64,000 nucleotides of DNA from a virus (IMGVR_UViG_2710264778_000001:96001-160000); one strand, 5' to 3'; shown: positions 31,697 to 43,661, counted from the stretch's first letter. Made by a program: numbers and translations. Notes: generated by a model not told the origin, from the sequence alone.

Positions 31697-32404
31697 ATGG
31701 AAAATGAATTAATGTTATTTAAAGGAAGAAAAGTTGAGGTTTTTGAGTGGAATGGGAAGATTTTATTTAACCCTAAAGATGTTGCAGAATGTTTAGAAAT
31801 TGCAGATGTAAATAGTAGTATTAGGAATTTTAAGGAAAAGCAAGTAGTTAAGTTAAAAAATTTAGATATGCATGGAATGCATATCTAAAAATTAAATAAT
31901 GCAGGTGAAAATTTTCTTACTGAATCAGGAGTGTACAAGCTAATTTTTAAATCTAAAAAAGAAGAAGCTGAAGAATTTCAAGATTGGGTAACAGATGAAG
32001 TATTACCTTCATTAAGAAAAACAGGAAAATATGAACTACATAACGATAATGAAGAAGAAAATACAAACAAATATTTGAGAATTGAACCAACTAAATTGGA
32101 ACAAAAAGCTATTGAACTATTTGAAGAACTAAATTCTAAAACAGGTGAATTAGGTGAATATTTTAGGCCTAAGCATAAAACTAAATTGGCTTTTAATAGA
32201 TTTATTAAAGATTGTCTTGGTGATAATGCTACAAAAGAGAACTGTAAAAAGGCAAAAGATATGTTAATTATGATATTAGGGAATGGAGAATATACAATAT
32301 ATGAAGATATTCCATTAGATAAAATCAGAAATACAAATACTATGACTGTTTTACATGATATCTGTAAAAATATAAATAATTCTATAGCTGGAGGTATTAG
32401 ATAA
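31697..32404 (+). pseudogene. BRO-N antirepressor with an in-frame TAA at 31886-31888
   Basis: FNPKDVAECL...HI*KLNNAGENFLTESGVYKLIFKS.K.EAE.FQDWVTDEVLPSLRKTG reads in one frame across the stop. Confidence 0.85.
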
Positions 32405-33138
32405 TGTGTGATTTAACTTATCTTCAAGTATTAGAATTAAATAATAAAAAACGAGAATGTATAAAACTTGGTAAAAGATATGAAAAAGAGAAAATTACAT
32501 ACGATAAAAGCAGTTATTCGGAATATGAAATCAACTTTATTGAGTTCGGTAGATTCTGTGAGTACCATAATTTAAATTCTGGTGATTTAAGTATATATGA
32601 TAAATATTTAGAATGTGATATGGCAAATTGGAATATTAATCATATCAAATATGAGTCATTAGAAGAAAATCAAATATATGTATTTTTTAATAGGATTAGA
32701 ACAGGTGTATATAAAGCAATAATCGCAAACGAAATTACGCCAATATTAAATGATGAAAGAAATATTCAATTTTGGGTAAGTGAAGCTTTATATAGATTAA
32801 AAAGTTTAGAAATTGGTTATGATACTATTAAAATAATTAAATTAGATGATTCTGAAATCTTCTTTGAAGGGTTAGAAGAAATATCGGAGGGCGAAATTAT
32901 ATTAAGAGAATTCTTAGATAAAAGTTATGATCATATAATTATTAAAGATTCTTTAACTCAAATAGAGTTTAGAGATGAAAATATTAAAGACATTGACCTA
33001 GAATTATTAAATAGATGTAAAAATGTAATTAATATAAGAAAAGTTTCAGAAGATAGCGAACATTATAATATGAACTGGGATTGCCTTTTAGTTAGATTTA
33101 AGGATCAAGACAAAGAAGAAATTTGGCAACCATGTTAA
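32404..33138 (+). CDS. Hypothetical protein
   Basis: Coupled to the BRO gene; GGAGG RBS. Confidence 0.6.
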   Translation: MCDLTYLQVLELNNKKRECIKLGKRYEKEKITYDKSSYSEYEINFIEFGRFCEYHNLNSGDLSIYDKYLECDMANWNINHIKYESLEENQIYVFFNRIRTGVYKAIIANEITPILNDERNIQFWVSEALYRLKSLEIGYDTIKIIKLDDSEIFFEGLEEISEGEIILREFLDKSYDHIIIKDSLTQIEFRDENIKDIDLELLNRCKNVINIRKVSEDSEHYNMNWDCLLVRFKDQDKEEIWQPC

Positions 33139-33187
33139 ATTAAAACTTAATATTGAAATTCAAACAAGGATTGTGCTATAATACAAA

Positions 33188-33318
33188 TAAGGAAGCTTAG
33201 TGCTGGTAACACTAAGCCTATCTTATGAACGTTTTTGGTTTAAAGTTGTTGAGTAAAATTAGTATGTATTAATTAATGAGTTGGCACTTATCTTTCGTCG
33301 GATGGAGTGCCTTTTTCA
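33188..33318 (+). ncRNA. Putative type I antitoxin RNA
   Basis: Promoter TTGAAA-N18-TATAAT with TG extension (33153-33182). Terminator GGCACT..AGTGCC-T5 overlaps the toxin 3' end. Confidence 0.6.
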
Positions 33319-33458
33319 TTTGTCTCAAATGTAAAATTAAATCCAGTAGTATTGAACTTGGTATCAAATTTGCAAGTTTTGCTAAAAGGACTCAATGCTA
33401 TAACTGCGACTAAACAAATGGTTATAAAACCTAATAAAAGCATAGTATATATAGACAT
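33288..33458 (-). CDS. Putative type I toxin (56-aa hydrophobic peptide)
   Basis: AAGGGGGTG RBS; TM helix MSIYTMLLLGFITICLVAVIAL plus a charged tail; long leader from TGGTATAAT at 33666-33674 (minus strand). Confidence 0.65.
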   Translation of the reverse strand: MSIYTMLLLGFITICLVAVIALSPFSKTCKFDTKFNTTGFNFTFETNEKGTPSDER

Positions 33459-33763
33459 ACCCAACACCCCCTTGTTAGTTTGAATTTCAACAACTCTAAC
33501 TCCCAAGGCTGGATAACGTACAACCCCGTACAATTACTGTCCACCCGTAACAGTGAGGTAATTTACTATATTTATATAGATTTTCGTCTATAGTTTTTTT
33601 GGTTAAAACACTTTTCATTTTAATTCATTTTTCAAATCCTTATATCTATATAATACAGTAAGGATATTATACCATATTATTAATTTAAATACAATTATAT
33701 ACAAATATACAATGGAATAATTAACTATTATTTGTTATAATCATCTTATAAGGGGTGATTATA

Positions 33764-34387
33764 ATGAATTTAATAATACTAAAAATAAAATTTTCAATAT
33801 TGAATCATAAGAAAATAAGTATGATAATTTTCGCTATATTTATTATGATTTTGTCAATTTCATATATTTTATATTTTAATTATGGAATAGGAATGTCTGA
33901 AAAGCAAAAAACAACTAGAATAAATGCATTAATAGCTGATAAAAATTATAATAAAGCAAGAGAATTGAATAATATTTATTTTAATGAAAATGATGAAAAA
34001 AATAAAGCATTGAATAATCTGTTTGTAGCTACTATAAATTTATGTGAACAGACACAAACAAAAAATCTAGAAGAGGCTACGAATCAATATAATGATGTAA
34101 AGAAAAAAGTTGATGCGTTAAAAATAATAAAAGTAGATATTAAAAAAGAAAAATATAATAGTAATTATCATAATATAGAAGTTACAATTCAAAATAATAG
34201 TGATAAAAATATTAATTATGTAAAAATAGGATTAGATTTTAAAGATAAAGATGGTAATATTATTCAAAGTGATTGGACTAATGATAGTTCAACAATAAAA
34301 CCAAATGCAAAACAAACAATTAAAAAAATGGAAAGTAATGATATTAAATATGATACTGTACAAGCAAATATTGAGGAATTTAGATAA
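33764..34387 (+). CDS. Membrane-anchored FxLYD-like domain protein
   Basis: N-terminal TM helix; VTIQNNSDKNINYVKI..DF.DKDGNII..D; own TGTTATAAT at 33733 and a terminator near 34411. Confidence 0.7.
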   Translation: MNLIILKIKFSILNHKKISMIIFAIFIMILSISYILYFNYGIGMSEKQKTTRINALIADKNYNKARELNNIYFNENDEKNKALNNLFVATINLCEQTQTKNLEEATNQYNDVKKKVDALKIIKVDIKKEKYNSNYHNIEVTIQNNSDKNINYVKIGLDFKDKDGNIIQSDWTNDSSTIKPNAKQTIKKMESNDIKYDTVQANIEEFR

Positions 34388-34465
34388 AATGTAATAAATA
34401 AGAAAACTTTAAGAATCAGTTTAATATCTGGTTCTTTTATTATTTTAAAGGAGAGATGATTTATA

Positions 34466-35047
34466 ATGGCTAAATTAAAAGATAACGATATTAAAAAGAA
34501 AATTAGAGCAAAATTCAATGAATATGAGATATATAATCCTGAATTTAATATAGAAATTTATAATAACTTAATTGAACGAATTAAAGAGAATTCTAAGCAA
34601 ACTGAATTAGAAAACAATGAAGCAGATATTCAAATTGATACAATAAATATCATGAGAGAAATGTTGATTGGACTATCAAATATTGAGGATGAAGATTATT
34701 GGAGGAACATTAGTGATTGTGACTTAGACACAATGTTAAATCTAGCAGATGGTGATTTTAAATTGGTTATACAAATGTTAATGGATATAATGTTAGAATT
34801 AGCACAAGATATAAGAATTCAAGAGATTAGAAAATTAAATATATTAAAAAACAAATTAAATGAATTTGTTGAAGTATTTAACTTTAACTCAGATATAGAT
34901 AATCTGTTAGATAAATTTGGATTAGACAGAGAATTGTTTATAAAAATTCAAAATGGTGATACCGATGCAGTTAAAAAGTTTCAAGAAATTATAACAAATA
35001 AAATAAATAAACCAAAAAGAAAATATACAAAGAAAATCAACAAGTAA
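34466..35047 (+). CDS. Putative tail assembly chaperone
   Basis: Directly upstream of the tape measure gene; helical. Confidence 0.45.
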   Translation: MAKLKDNDIKKKIRAKFNEYEIYNPEFNIEIYNNLIERIKENSKQTELENNEADIQIDTINIMREMLIGLSNIEDEDYWRNISDCDLDTMLNLADGDFKLVIQMLMDIMLELAQDIRIQEIRKLNILKNKLNEFVEVFNFNSDIDNLLDKFGLDRELFIKIQNGDTDAVKKFQEIITNKINKPKRKYTKKINK

Positions 35048-35105
35048 GAGAGCGTTTATTACACTCTCTTTTTTTATTGCAAATAGAAAGGAGAGAAATT
35101 AATAA

Positions 35106-38100
35106 ATGGCAGAATATAAGAATAATATAAAAATTGGAATAGCTTTTGATAAACAAAAAGATATACAAGGGCAATTAGATTCTTTAATAAAAAGCTTGAA
35201 TAACACTAAAATTAATTTAGACATAAACTTAAATAACACTGATTTGGTTAAAAAATTAGAAAATATAACAAAAATGGCTGATAATTTTAAAAGCAGTTTT
35301 GGTGGAAACATATCTCTTGGCAATGTAGATCAAGTAATAAATAAGACTATATCAGCTATGGGAAGTCTTAATGGAGAACTATTAAAAACTAATATAAAAA
35401 CTTTTAACGACATTGTTACTAAAAGCATTTCTACTAATATTGGAGAAGTTACTAGGCAAACAGAAAAATTTATTAACGAAAGTGGGCAACTGCAAAAAAT
35501 TGGTGAAACAATTACAACAGTAACTGAAAATTCTGAAAGATTTAAACAATCAATGAATGATATTCAAAAAGCTATGTTGTCTTTAGAATCAATGAAACTT
35601 AATGGTTTAGTTGATACAAATTCTATTGAAAAATTGAAAACTGATTTAAATACTGTTTTTTCAGAATCTAATAAAGAAAATGGTATTAAATTTTCAGATA
35701 ATGAACTAAAGAATTATTTAAATCAAGTTAAAGCATTAGAAAATGAAGAAAAAAATTTAAAAGAAATACAAGATATAAATAATAGAGAATTAGAAGCTAT
35801 GTATAAGCTTCAACAAGATGATTTAAAACAATTACAACAACTAGAACAGCAAAGAGAAAAAGAATTACTACAAGAACAAATGTTGATAGAACGTCAAGCT
35901 GAAGCATATAAGCAAATTGATGTTATGAAAGCAAATGGGATTATAAGCAATTCAGATATTGCCAAGCTTGAATCAATGGTACAAAAAGCTAATTCATTAA
36001 AAGATATGAATAAAGCTTTGAGTGAAATTATGACAACATCAATGATGAAAGAATCATCTATAGTAACATTATCAAAACAATTAGATGAAGCTCAAGTAAA
36101 ATTAGATAAAATGAAATCCACTTTTGGTAATAAGTTACCAGATGGATTTATTCAATCAACTGAAAGCCAAATAAACAAGTTAAAAGAAGATCTAACTAAA
36201 GTTGATGGTATGAATTTTAATGGCATCAAAAACAGTTTAAATGATATTAATACTGGAATGAAAGTTACAAATAATGAAACTAAAGAATTAGTAAATTCTT
36301 TAAAAGAAACTAATAACAATAGTTTCTTTGGTAGTATGAGTAGTTTTCTTGGCAAAATTGGTGTGTTTTATGGAATACAACAAGTAACTCAAGAAATCTC
36401 TCAACAGTTAAAAAATGCGGCAAGTTATACTATTGATATGGATAAGTCTATGACCAATATGCAAATGATTACTGGAAAATCAAAATCAGATGTTGGAGAT
36501 ATAGTTAATAATTATAAACAATTAGGTGAACAATTACATACTACTAATTCTGAAATGATGAGGGGCATGGAAGAGGTAACAAGAGCAGGATTTGATGGAA
36601 AAGAAGGAGAATCATTAATGTCTGCTTCTATCATGGGTTCTAAGCTTTCTGGTCAAACTACAGAACAAGTTACTCAACAATTAATTGCAATTAAAAATGC
36701 GTTTAATATGACTGGTGAACAAATGCAAAATGTTGTAGATATGATGAGCAAGATGGATAATGTTTCAGCAACGTCGTTAGATTTTGACGACTTAGTGGTA
36801 TAATAGATAAACCACTAATAAAAAATTCTCTCTTATATACGGCGAAAATCCAGAGATGGACAACGCCTTCCAAGATAATTGATTAATTAATAATAAAATA
36901 TAATGTGTTATTTAAGATAAGAACAATATTCTTGTCTTTTTATTTTGTAGAAAATGGAGGTGTAATATTGAAGATAGGTAATATAAAAGTATATGGAATT
37001 ATTTATAAAATAACAAATAAAATAAATAACAACATTTACATTGGACAAACTACTAAGAAAAATGGTTTTAATAGTAGATATTGTTGTAAAGGAACTGAAA
37101 TAGAACGTGTTTATAAATATCATAAAAAGTTAAAAGAATCTAATAATAAATCTTTTAACTCTCATTTATATAACTCTATATTAAAATATGGGTTTGAATC
37201 TTTTGAAATAGTAAAAATATTTGATATTGCATTTAGTCAAGATGAATTAAATATAAAAGAAAAATGTTGGATAAATTATTATGATTCATATAAAAATGGA
37301 TATAATCAAACAATTGGTGGAGAAGGAACTTTTGGCCATAAAGCATTAAAAGGCAAAGAAAATCCAACTTCTAGAAGTGTTATTCAATTAGATTTAAGTG
37401 GAAACTATATAAAAACATGGGATTACATGACACAAGCTATCAATGAATTAAATGTAGATAAAGCAAGTATGATAAAGTCTTGTAAAAATAAACATTATTC
37501 AGCTAGTGGATTTTTATGGGTGTATGAAGATGAATATGATATCAATAAAACATATAAACATATTCCTAAAAGAAAAAATTCAAAAGAAGTTTATAAATTA
37601 GATGAAGACTACAATATTATTGAAAAATATATTAGTTCAAAAGAAGCTTCAAGAATATTAAAAATAAATCATGTATCCATTTCAAGAGTTTGTTCGGGAA
37701 TGAGAAAAACATATTTGGGATATATTTGGATGAATGTTGAAGATTATAATAAAAAATTTATAAAGACTTCCGAAATTAATTAACACACCATTTCGGATTA
37801 TTAATTAATCAATTATCGGGAACAACGACTGAGCGAGAGAACTACATTTATTATGTAGATGCAACAGTCTGAACACACGCTATAATCTAAAAATGAAACG
37901 TGTGAAAAATGGTCAAGTGTAAAGACACTTTTGGAAGAACCATTTTCGCTATATAATAAATAATTATATAGTCAGTAATCTATTTTAATAGATGAAAGTA
38001 ACAGAATGTAAAGAAATAGCTTCAGCAATACAAAGAACAGCTTTCTCAGCGCAAGAAGCAGGAACCCCACTTAGCAATCTTATTACATATATAACAACAG

Positions 38101-41100
38101 TTTCAGAAAAAACTAGAAAATCAGCAGAAACTATAGGTGAAAGTTTTAAAACAATTTACGCACGATATAGTAATATAAAATTGGGTAATCTTGATGAAGA
38201 TGGTAAAACAATTAACGACACCGAAACGGCCATGAACAGAATCGGGATAGCTATAAGAAATAACAAAGGACAGTTTAAAGAATTTGATACTGTATTACAA
38301 GAATTTATGCAAAAATTTAAAAGTGGACAGCTAAGTCAAGTTGACTATCTAGCAGGAATTCAAGCATTAGCCGGAACTAGGCAAAGAGAAACGTTGATGG
38401 CATTAATGGAAAATATGGACACATTAAATCAACATCAAAAAGAAGTAGCACAATCGGCTGGTTCTGCTAAAAAAATGATGGATGAAGCATATAATCAATC
38501 GTTAGATGCACGTATTCAGGATTTAAAAAGAGCATTTGAAGAATTATATGAAAAAATAACAAATTCAGAACAATTAAAATGGCTAGTTTCAGAATTTACA
38601 CAATTAATAACTGTATTATCAAATGTAGATGGAAAAACTATAGCTTTTACTGCCACTATTGGTGGATTAGTTTTAGTAATGTCAAAATTGTCAGCATTGA
38701 ATAAAACTTTACTTGCTGGTGAAGCAGTAACAGGATTAAGTAAATTTATTGGATTGGCAAGTGGAATGACTAAATTAGAAACAGGTGCTACAGGCGTTGC
38801 AACAGCATTTGGACTATTGAAAGGTGGAATAGTTAGTGCAACACAAGCATCTATTGCATTCATTAGTAGTTCTTTAGGTTTAGTTATTGCAGGAATTGCA
38901 GTTGCTATAGGTGTTGCCATTTCAGCATTTACAAGTTATAAAGAACATCAAGCACAATTAGAACAACAATCAAAGAACTTAAAAGATGCTATTGATGGAG
39001 TCAATGAAAGTCTTAAAAATGGAGATACAAAAGGCGCTAGCAAGCAATTGGATAAAGCTAAAGAAGAACAGGTACAATTACAAAAGCTTTATGAAACTAG
39101 AAAAAGATTAGAGGGAATGTCTGAAGATCAATTTTATGGTAAAATGGGTGGGGCAGATAAAGCACAATCAATTGCTTTAGTTCAACATCAAATCGATGAA
39201 TTAACAAATTCTATAAAGGAAAATGGATTAACGGTTAATGAAGAAACTGGAACTATTAAGGAATATGTTGAAGCACAAGAACAAGTCGCAAATGCTAAAA
39301 CAGTAGATACTATTAAGGAACAGACAAAAGCACAATTAGAAGATAGAATGAATTTAGAAGAAGCTCAGGGGGAATATAATAATTTTATAGGAACTGTTCA
39401 AGGGTTATATACAGAATATCAAACTCTATCAGATCAAGAGAGTTTAAGTGCTGATCAAAAGACACGTTTAAGTGAAGTGTGTTCAGAGCTACAATCTAAA
39501 TTTACAGATTTAAATGTTAGTGTTGATGAAAATGGTGTTGCACATATAAATAATACCCCACTTATAGAAGACAATATTTCTTATCTAACTAGCGAGGGAA
39601 TGACTATTGAGACTTTAACTAGTATACGTCTTAGTGATGCAAAAGCTTGTAGTGAATGGTCTATTGGTAATCAGCAAATGACTTATCAAGAAGTTTCTAA
39701 CAATATAGAAAATTATAAGGCTGAAATTGATGCTATTGGGAAGTTAATGGAAGCTAGAAGTCAAAGCGCTCAAAGCTCTACAGCTTCAGGAACAATAACT
39801 GATTCTGCAATTGATGCAACTTTACAAGTTACTAAATCTGGCTTGGAAGCTGATGCTAGTGAATTAGAAAGTGCTAAATCTAAAATAGATTCAATATATG
39901 GATCTATAAAAGCTCCTGTTAATAATGCACATACTGTTGGTGGTGGAGGAGACTATATGCCATCAGGAGAAAGTGGAGGAGGAAAAAAAGGTTCATCTGG
40001 ATCAGGTAAATCAGAAGAGGCAGAAGCTAAAAAAGCACAACAAGAAGCAATAAAAGCTGAAAAAGATGCCTTGAAAGAAATTACTGATGCATATGATAAA
40101 TCTAAGAATACAATATCAAATGACTTAAAAGAGATTGAATTAAATGAAAAAATGCTAGGTAAAGCTACAAATGATAATTTTCCTCAGAGAGTAGATTTAA
40201 CTAATAAGAAAATAAAAGAACAACAAAGTTTACTAGATTCCTCCACAAATCAGTTGATGGATTTAGAAACACAGTCTTATAATACAGAAGAAGGACAAAA
40301 GGCATTAGCTGATGCTATAGAGAAGGCTAATACTGAAATTATAAATCAAAAAATTGCTGTAGAAGAAGCTAAACAAGCATTACAAGACTTATTACAACAA
40401 CAAATGAAACAAGTAATTGAACAAGAAAAAAATGTTGCTGAAATTGAATTAGAAGGAAAACAAGAGTATGATACCAAAGCCTTAGAAGACTATACTAAAC
40501 AACAAGAAAATGCACATAATGCTAGAATACAATCATTAGATGATGAATTAGATGCTTTAGAAAAACAAAATGAAGAAGAAGAAAAATCTAATGAACTTCA
40601 AGAGAAAAGAAATGATTTAAAACAAAAAGAAATGGATTTGGAAAGACTCAAAGGACAGCAAACTATTCAAACACTTCAAAAACAGGCAGATGGAACATAT
40701 CAATTTGTTTATACTTATGACAAATTAGCAGTTGAAGATAAACAAAAGGAAGTTGATGAAGCTAAAAAGGAGTTAGAAGATACTAGACGAAAACAAGAGT
40801 ACGAAGCAGAAAAACAAGCCATTGAAGATCAAAAAAAGTCAGAAGAGGATTTATATAAGAAAAAAGAAGATTATTTAAAGAAATATGCTGATAGTCTTAA
40901 GGAACAACAAGACTTAGAAAAACAACGACTTGATCAATATTACTCAGATATGGATAAGTTATCTTTTAATAGATTGCAAGAATTGGAGCAACAATATGGT
41001 CAAAATTGGGATGAAATAGCTAAAACTATTCAATCAAAATTATCAGAAACTGAATCCTCGTTCGAACAATTAACTACTATAAAATTAAATTTTGGAACAA

Positions 41101-42035
41101 AGGCAGTTCAAGAGGCATTAAATAGTGGTGATATTACTACTTATTTAACAAATAAAAGAGACCAAATTGATAAATCAACTAAATTAGACTTACAAGGAAT
41201 TGATAGTTATATTAAATCAATTGATGATTCTGCACAAGATTTAAGTGAAACTTATGATAATATATTATCTATTAAAGATAATAACGAGATAACTGAATCT
41301 GACATAAAAACCAGACAAGTTCAGGCGAATAAGGTAGTAAATATAGATTTTGATGGATTACAAAAACAAATTAAAAATCTTCAAGATGCAAATGAGAAGT
41401 TAGAGATGGAATTAGATTCTCATTATAATAAACAATTATCAAGACAAAAAAGAGCACAGCAAGAGGAACTTGAAAGTTTACAAAAATTTTCTGAATCTTA
41501 TTTAACATTATCTAATAAATTCTTAGAGTTATTACAAGTTGTATATGATTATAGATTTAATAATATAACTACAAATGTTGCAGGAGCTGTTAATGAAATT
41601 GTTGCAGGATTAAATGTAATATCCGAAGCTTATGAATCATATGCAAAAGCATGGAATAAAATGCATCCAGATGATAAAATTCCTTCTAGTATTGATACTG
41701 CACAAGTACAATCAGATAATTCAACCTATCAAAAATCTGTAATTGATTATCAGAATAGCAAACTGTCATTGTATAATGCTGACGTTTTTGAACAGTATTA
41801 TAAACAAATTAAAAATGGAATTACTGATAATATACTAACACAACTTGGTAATTATTCATTGCCATCTGGAAATTCTATTAACACAAGTAATAATTCTGTT
41901 GTTAACAATAAGAATACTACTACGTCAAAAACTACACAAGTTACAATTAATCAACTTGATGTTAATACAAAAGATGCACAAAGCCTTCTTAATCAGTTAT
42001 TAACACTTGTAGAAAATAAAACAAAATTAAGCTAG
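35106..42035 (+). CDS. Tape measure protein; exons 35106-36778 and 38009-42035 (~1899 aa spliced)
   Basis: TP901-like TMP core (spliced DNVSATS-F-KEIASAIQR, ETIGESFKTIYAR, AGTRQ), hydrophobic segments and long coiled coils. Confidence 0.9.
36779..38008 (+). mobile_element. Group I intron (1230 nt) with a homing endonuclease ORF
   Basis: P1 GTCGTT|A/TGACGAC with a U-G pair at the splice site; P3 TTCTCTC/GAGAGAA; R-like CAACGACT at 37823; S-like ACAGTCT at 37864; terminal G at 38008. The stem GATAATTGATTAATTAA/TTAATTAATCAATTATC encloses the ORF. Confidence 0.9.
36968..37783 (+). CDS. Intron-encoded GIY-YIG endonuclease with NUMOD1-like repeats
   Basis: GIIYKITNKINNNIYIGQT; GGAGG RBS before TTG 36968. 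Confidence 0.9.
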   Translation: MKIGNIKVYGIIYKITNKINNNIYIGQTTKKNGFNSRYCCKGTEIERVYKYHKKLKESNNKSFNSHLYNSILKYGFESFEIVKIFDIAFSQDELNIKEKCWINYYDSYKNGYNQTIGGEGTFGHKALKGKENPTSRSVIQLDLSGNYIKTWDYMTQAINELNVDKASMIKSCKNKHYSASGFLWVYEDEYDINKTYKHIPKRKNSKEVYKLDEDYNIIEKYISSKEASRILKINHVSISRVCSGMRKTYLGYIWMNVEDYNKKFIKTSEIN

Positions 42036-42077
42036 GATGAATATATCCTAGCTATTTTATATTGAGGTGATTCATAT

Positions 42078-42365
42078 ATGGATTTAGATTTAAATAAGGA
42101 AGCAGATATGCTTATCAAAGCAATGCAAACTCATTCGGAAAAAGAAGTAAAAAATAAAGCAATATTAAATATGAATAAATTAGGATATGTAAAAGAAAAC
42201 TTAGGGAATAACTTATATATAGTAGTTATAGATGATGAAGAATATAAAATGGGGGCAAGAACTGGTCTATTATTAAATGAAAAAGACATTGTTATTGTTA
42301 TGTTATTTAATGGAGATCTTAATAGACCATGGATAATTGATAAAAAAACATGGAGTTGTTGGTGA
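42078..42365 (+). CDS. Small baseplate or tail protein
   Basis: Position after the TMP gene; beta-rich. Confidence 0.45.
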   Translation: MDLDLNKEADMLIKAMQTHSEKEVKNKAILNMNKLGYVKENLGNNLYIVVIDDEEYKMGARTGLLLNEKDIVIVMLFNGDLNRPWIIDKKTWSCW

Positions 42366-42408
42366 ATTAATATATATAAACTTTAATATTTGGAGGTGAA
42401 TTTGAGAA

Positions 42409-43590
42409 TTGGAAACAAATAATCAACAAATTTGTGCTAGAAGTCGAAATAGAACTTTAGGTTGTAGAATAGAATTACTTAATACAAATTATAATGTTGT
42501 TGATACCATTCAAGGAAAAATCATAGGAGGATCAATAACACTAACAAATAATTCAAATGATAATAGTAATTTTTCAAGATTATCAGGAAGCTTGGATATG
42601 ATTCTAACTAATGATCTATCTATTGCTTATTACAAATTAGATTTAAGACATTTAGTAAGAATAATTATGAAAATAACAGATAATATTAGTGGTATCTCTG
42701 CTGAATATAATTTAGGAATAGCGATTTTAAATTCTCCTCAAATAACTAAAGGTATAGATGGTAACAGTAAAATATCAATAAGTTTAAATGATTTATTTAG
42801 TAATTATAATGGAGATTTTTCAGGAGACTTAGATCACACAGTTACATTACCATCAAGCTCAACTTCTAGTTTGAATTTATCTCAAAGTCTTTTATCAATT
42901 GCTTTAAATGCTGATTTAATGAATTTGGATGCTAGTAAAGTTAAATTTGAAACAAATACTTTTCAAATACCCTATGATATTACATGTGAATCAGGAAGTA
43001 AAATAACTGATTTATTAAAATTACTTATGGACTTATATAAAGGATATGAACTTTTCTTTGATCAAAATGGAGTTTTAATTTACCAAAAAATTAAACAATA
43101 TGAAACAGACAGTCCTATACAAGAGTTTTTTAATAGTCCAAATATAATAAGTTATGATAGGAAAGATAATTCAACTAATATTAGAAATGTTGTTACAGTT
43201 TTAGGAGCTGTTCAAGAAACGGCAAACAGTGTGGATATTCCATATCAATACAAAGCAACAGCTACAGAAGATAGAGCAACTTGTCCTATTAGCACTGTTA
43301 ATATAGGTATTAAAAGAAAGGTTATAAAAAATGACAAAAATCAATCTAATGAGACTTGTTTATCTGAAGCACAATATAATTTATTAAAGTATAGTAATTT
43401 GGCTGAAGTATTAGAATTATCAATCTTACCAGATTTTAGACTAGTTCCAAATAGAGTAATTATTGTAGAGTATAGTGATGATAATTTAATTATTGAAAAG
43501 GGTAGATATTTAATAGATTCAGTTACTTTTGGATTGAAACCAAGTGACTTATCAACAGTAACTTGTCATAAATTATATCCAACAACTTAG
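42409..43590 (+). CDS. Baseplate hub or tail protein
   Basis: YELFFDQNG.L, IRNVVTVLG, GRYLIDS; position in the tail module. Confidence 0.55.
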   Translation: METNNQQICARSRNRTLGCRIELLNTNYNVVDTIQGKIIGGSITLTNNSNDNSNFSRLSGSLDMILTNDLSIAYYKLDLRHLVRIIMKITDNISGISAEYNLGIAILNSPQITKGIDGNSKISISLNDLFSNYNGDFSGDLDHTVTLPSSSTSSLNLSQSLLSIALNADLMNLDASKVKFETNTFQIPYDITCESGSKITDLLKLLMDLYKGYELFFDQNGVLIYQKIKQYETDSPIQEFFNSPNIISYDRKDNSTNIRNVVTVLGAVQETANSVDIPYQYKATATEDRATCPISTVNIGIKRKVIKNDKNQSNETCLSEAQYNLLKYSNLAEVLELSILPDFRLVPNRVIIVEYSDDNLIIEKGRYLIDSVTFGLKPSDLSTVTCHKLYPTT

Positions 43591-43661
43591 GATAAAAAGA
43601 CTATAAAATATGACTTTTAAAAGAATAAAATATATTAAAATATAAAGAAAGGAGTGGAAGA

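Noticed and set aside
34466-35106. Programmed frameshift in the tail chaperone
   Set aside because: Only ~58 bp containing a terminator-like hairpin separate it from the TMP gene, leaving no second ORF to shift into.
35106-42035. Two tape measure genes, with the second starting at ATG 37992
   Set aside because: That ATG lies inside the intron, and splicing gives one continuous protein.
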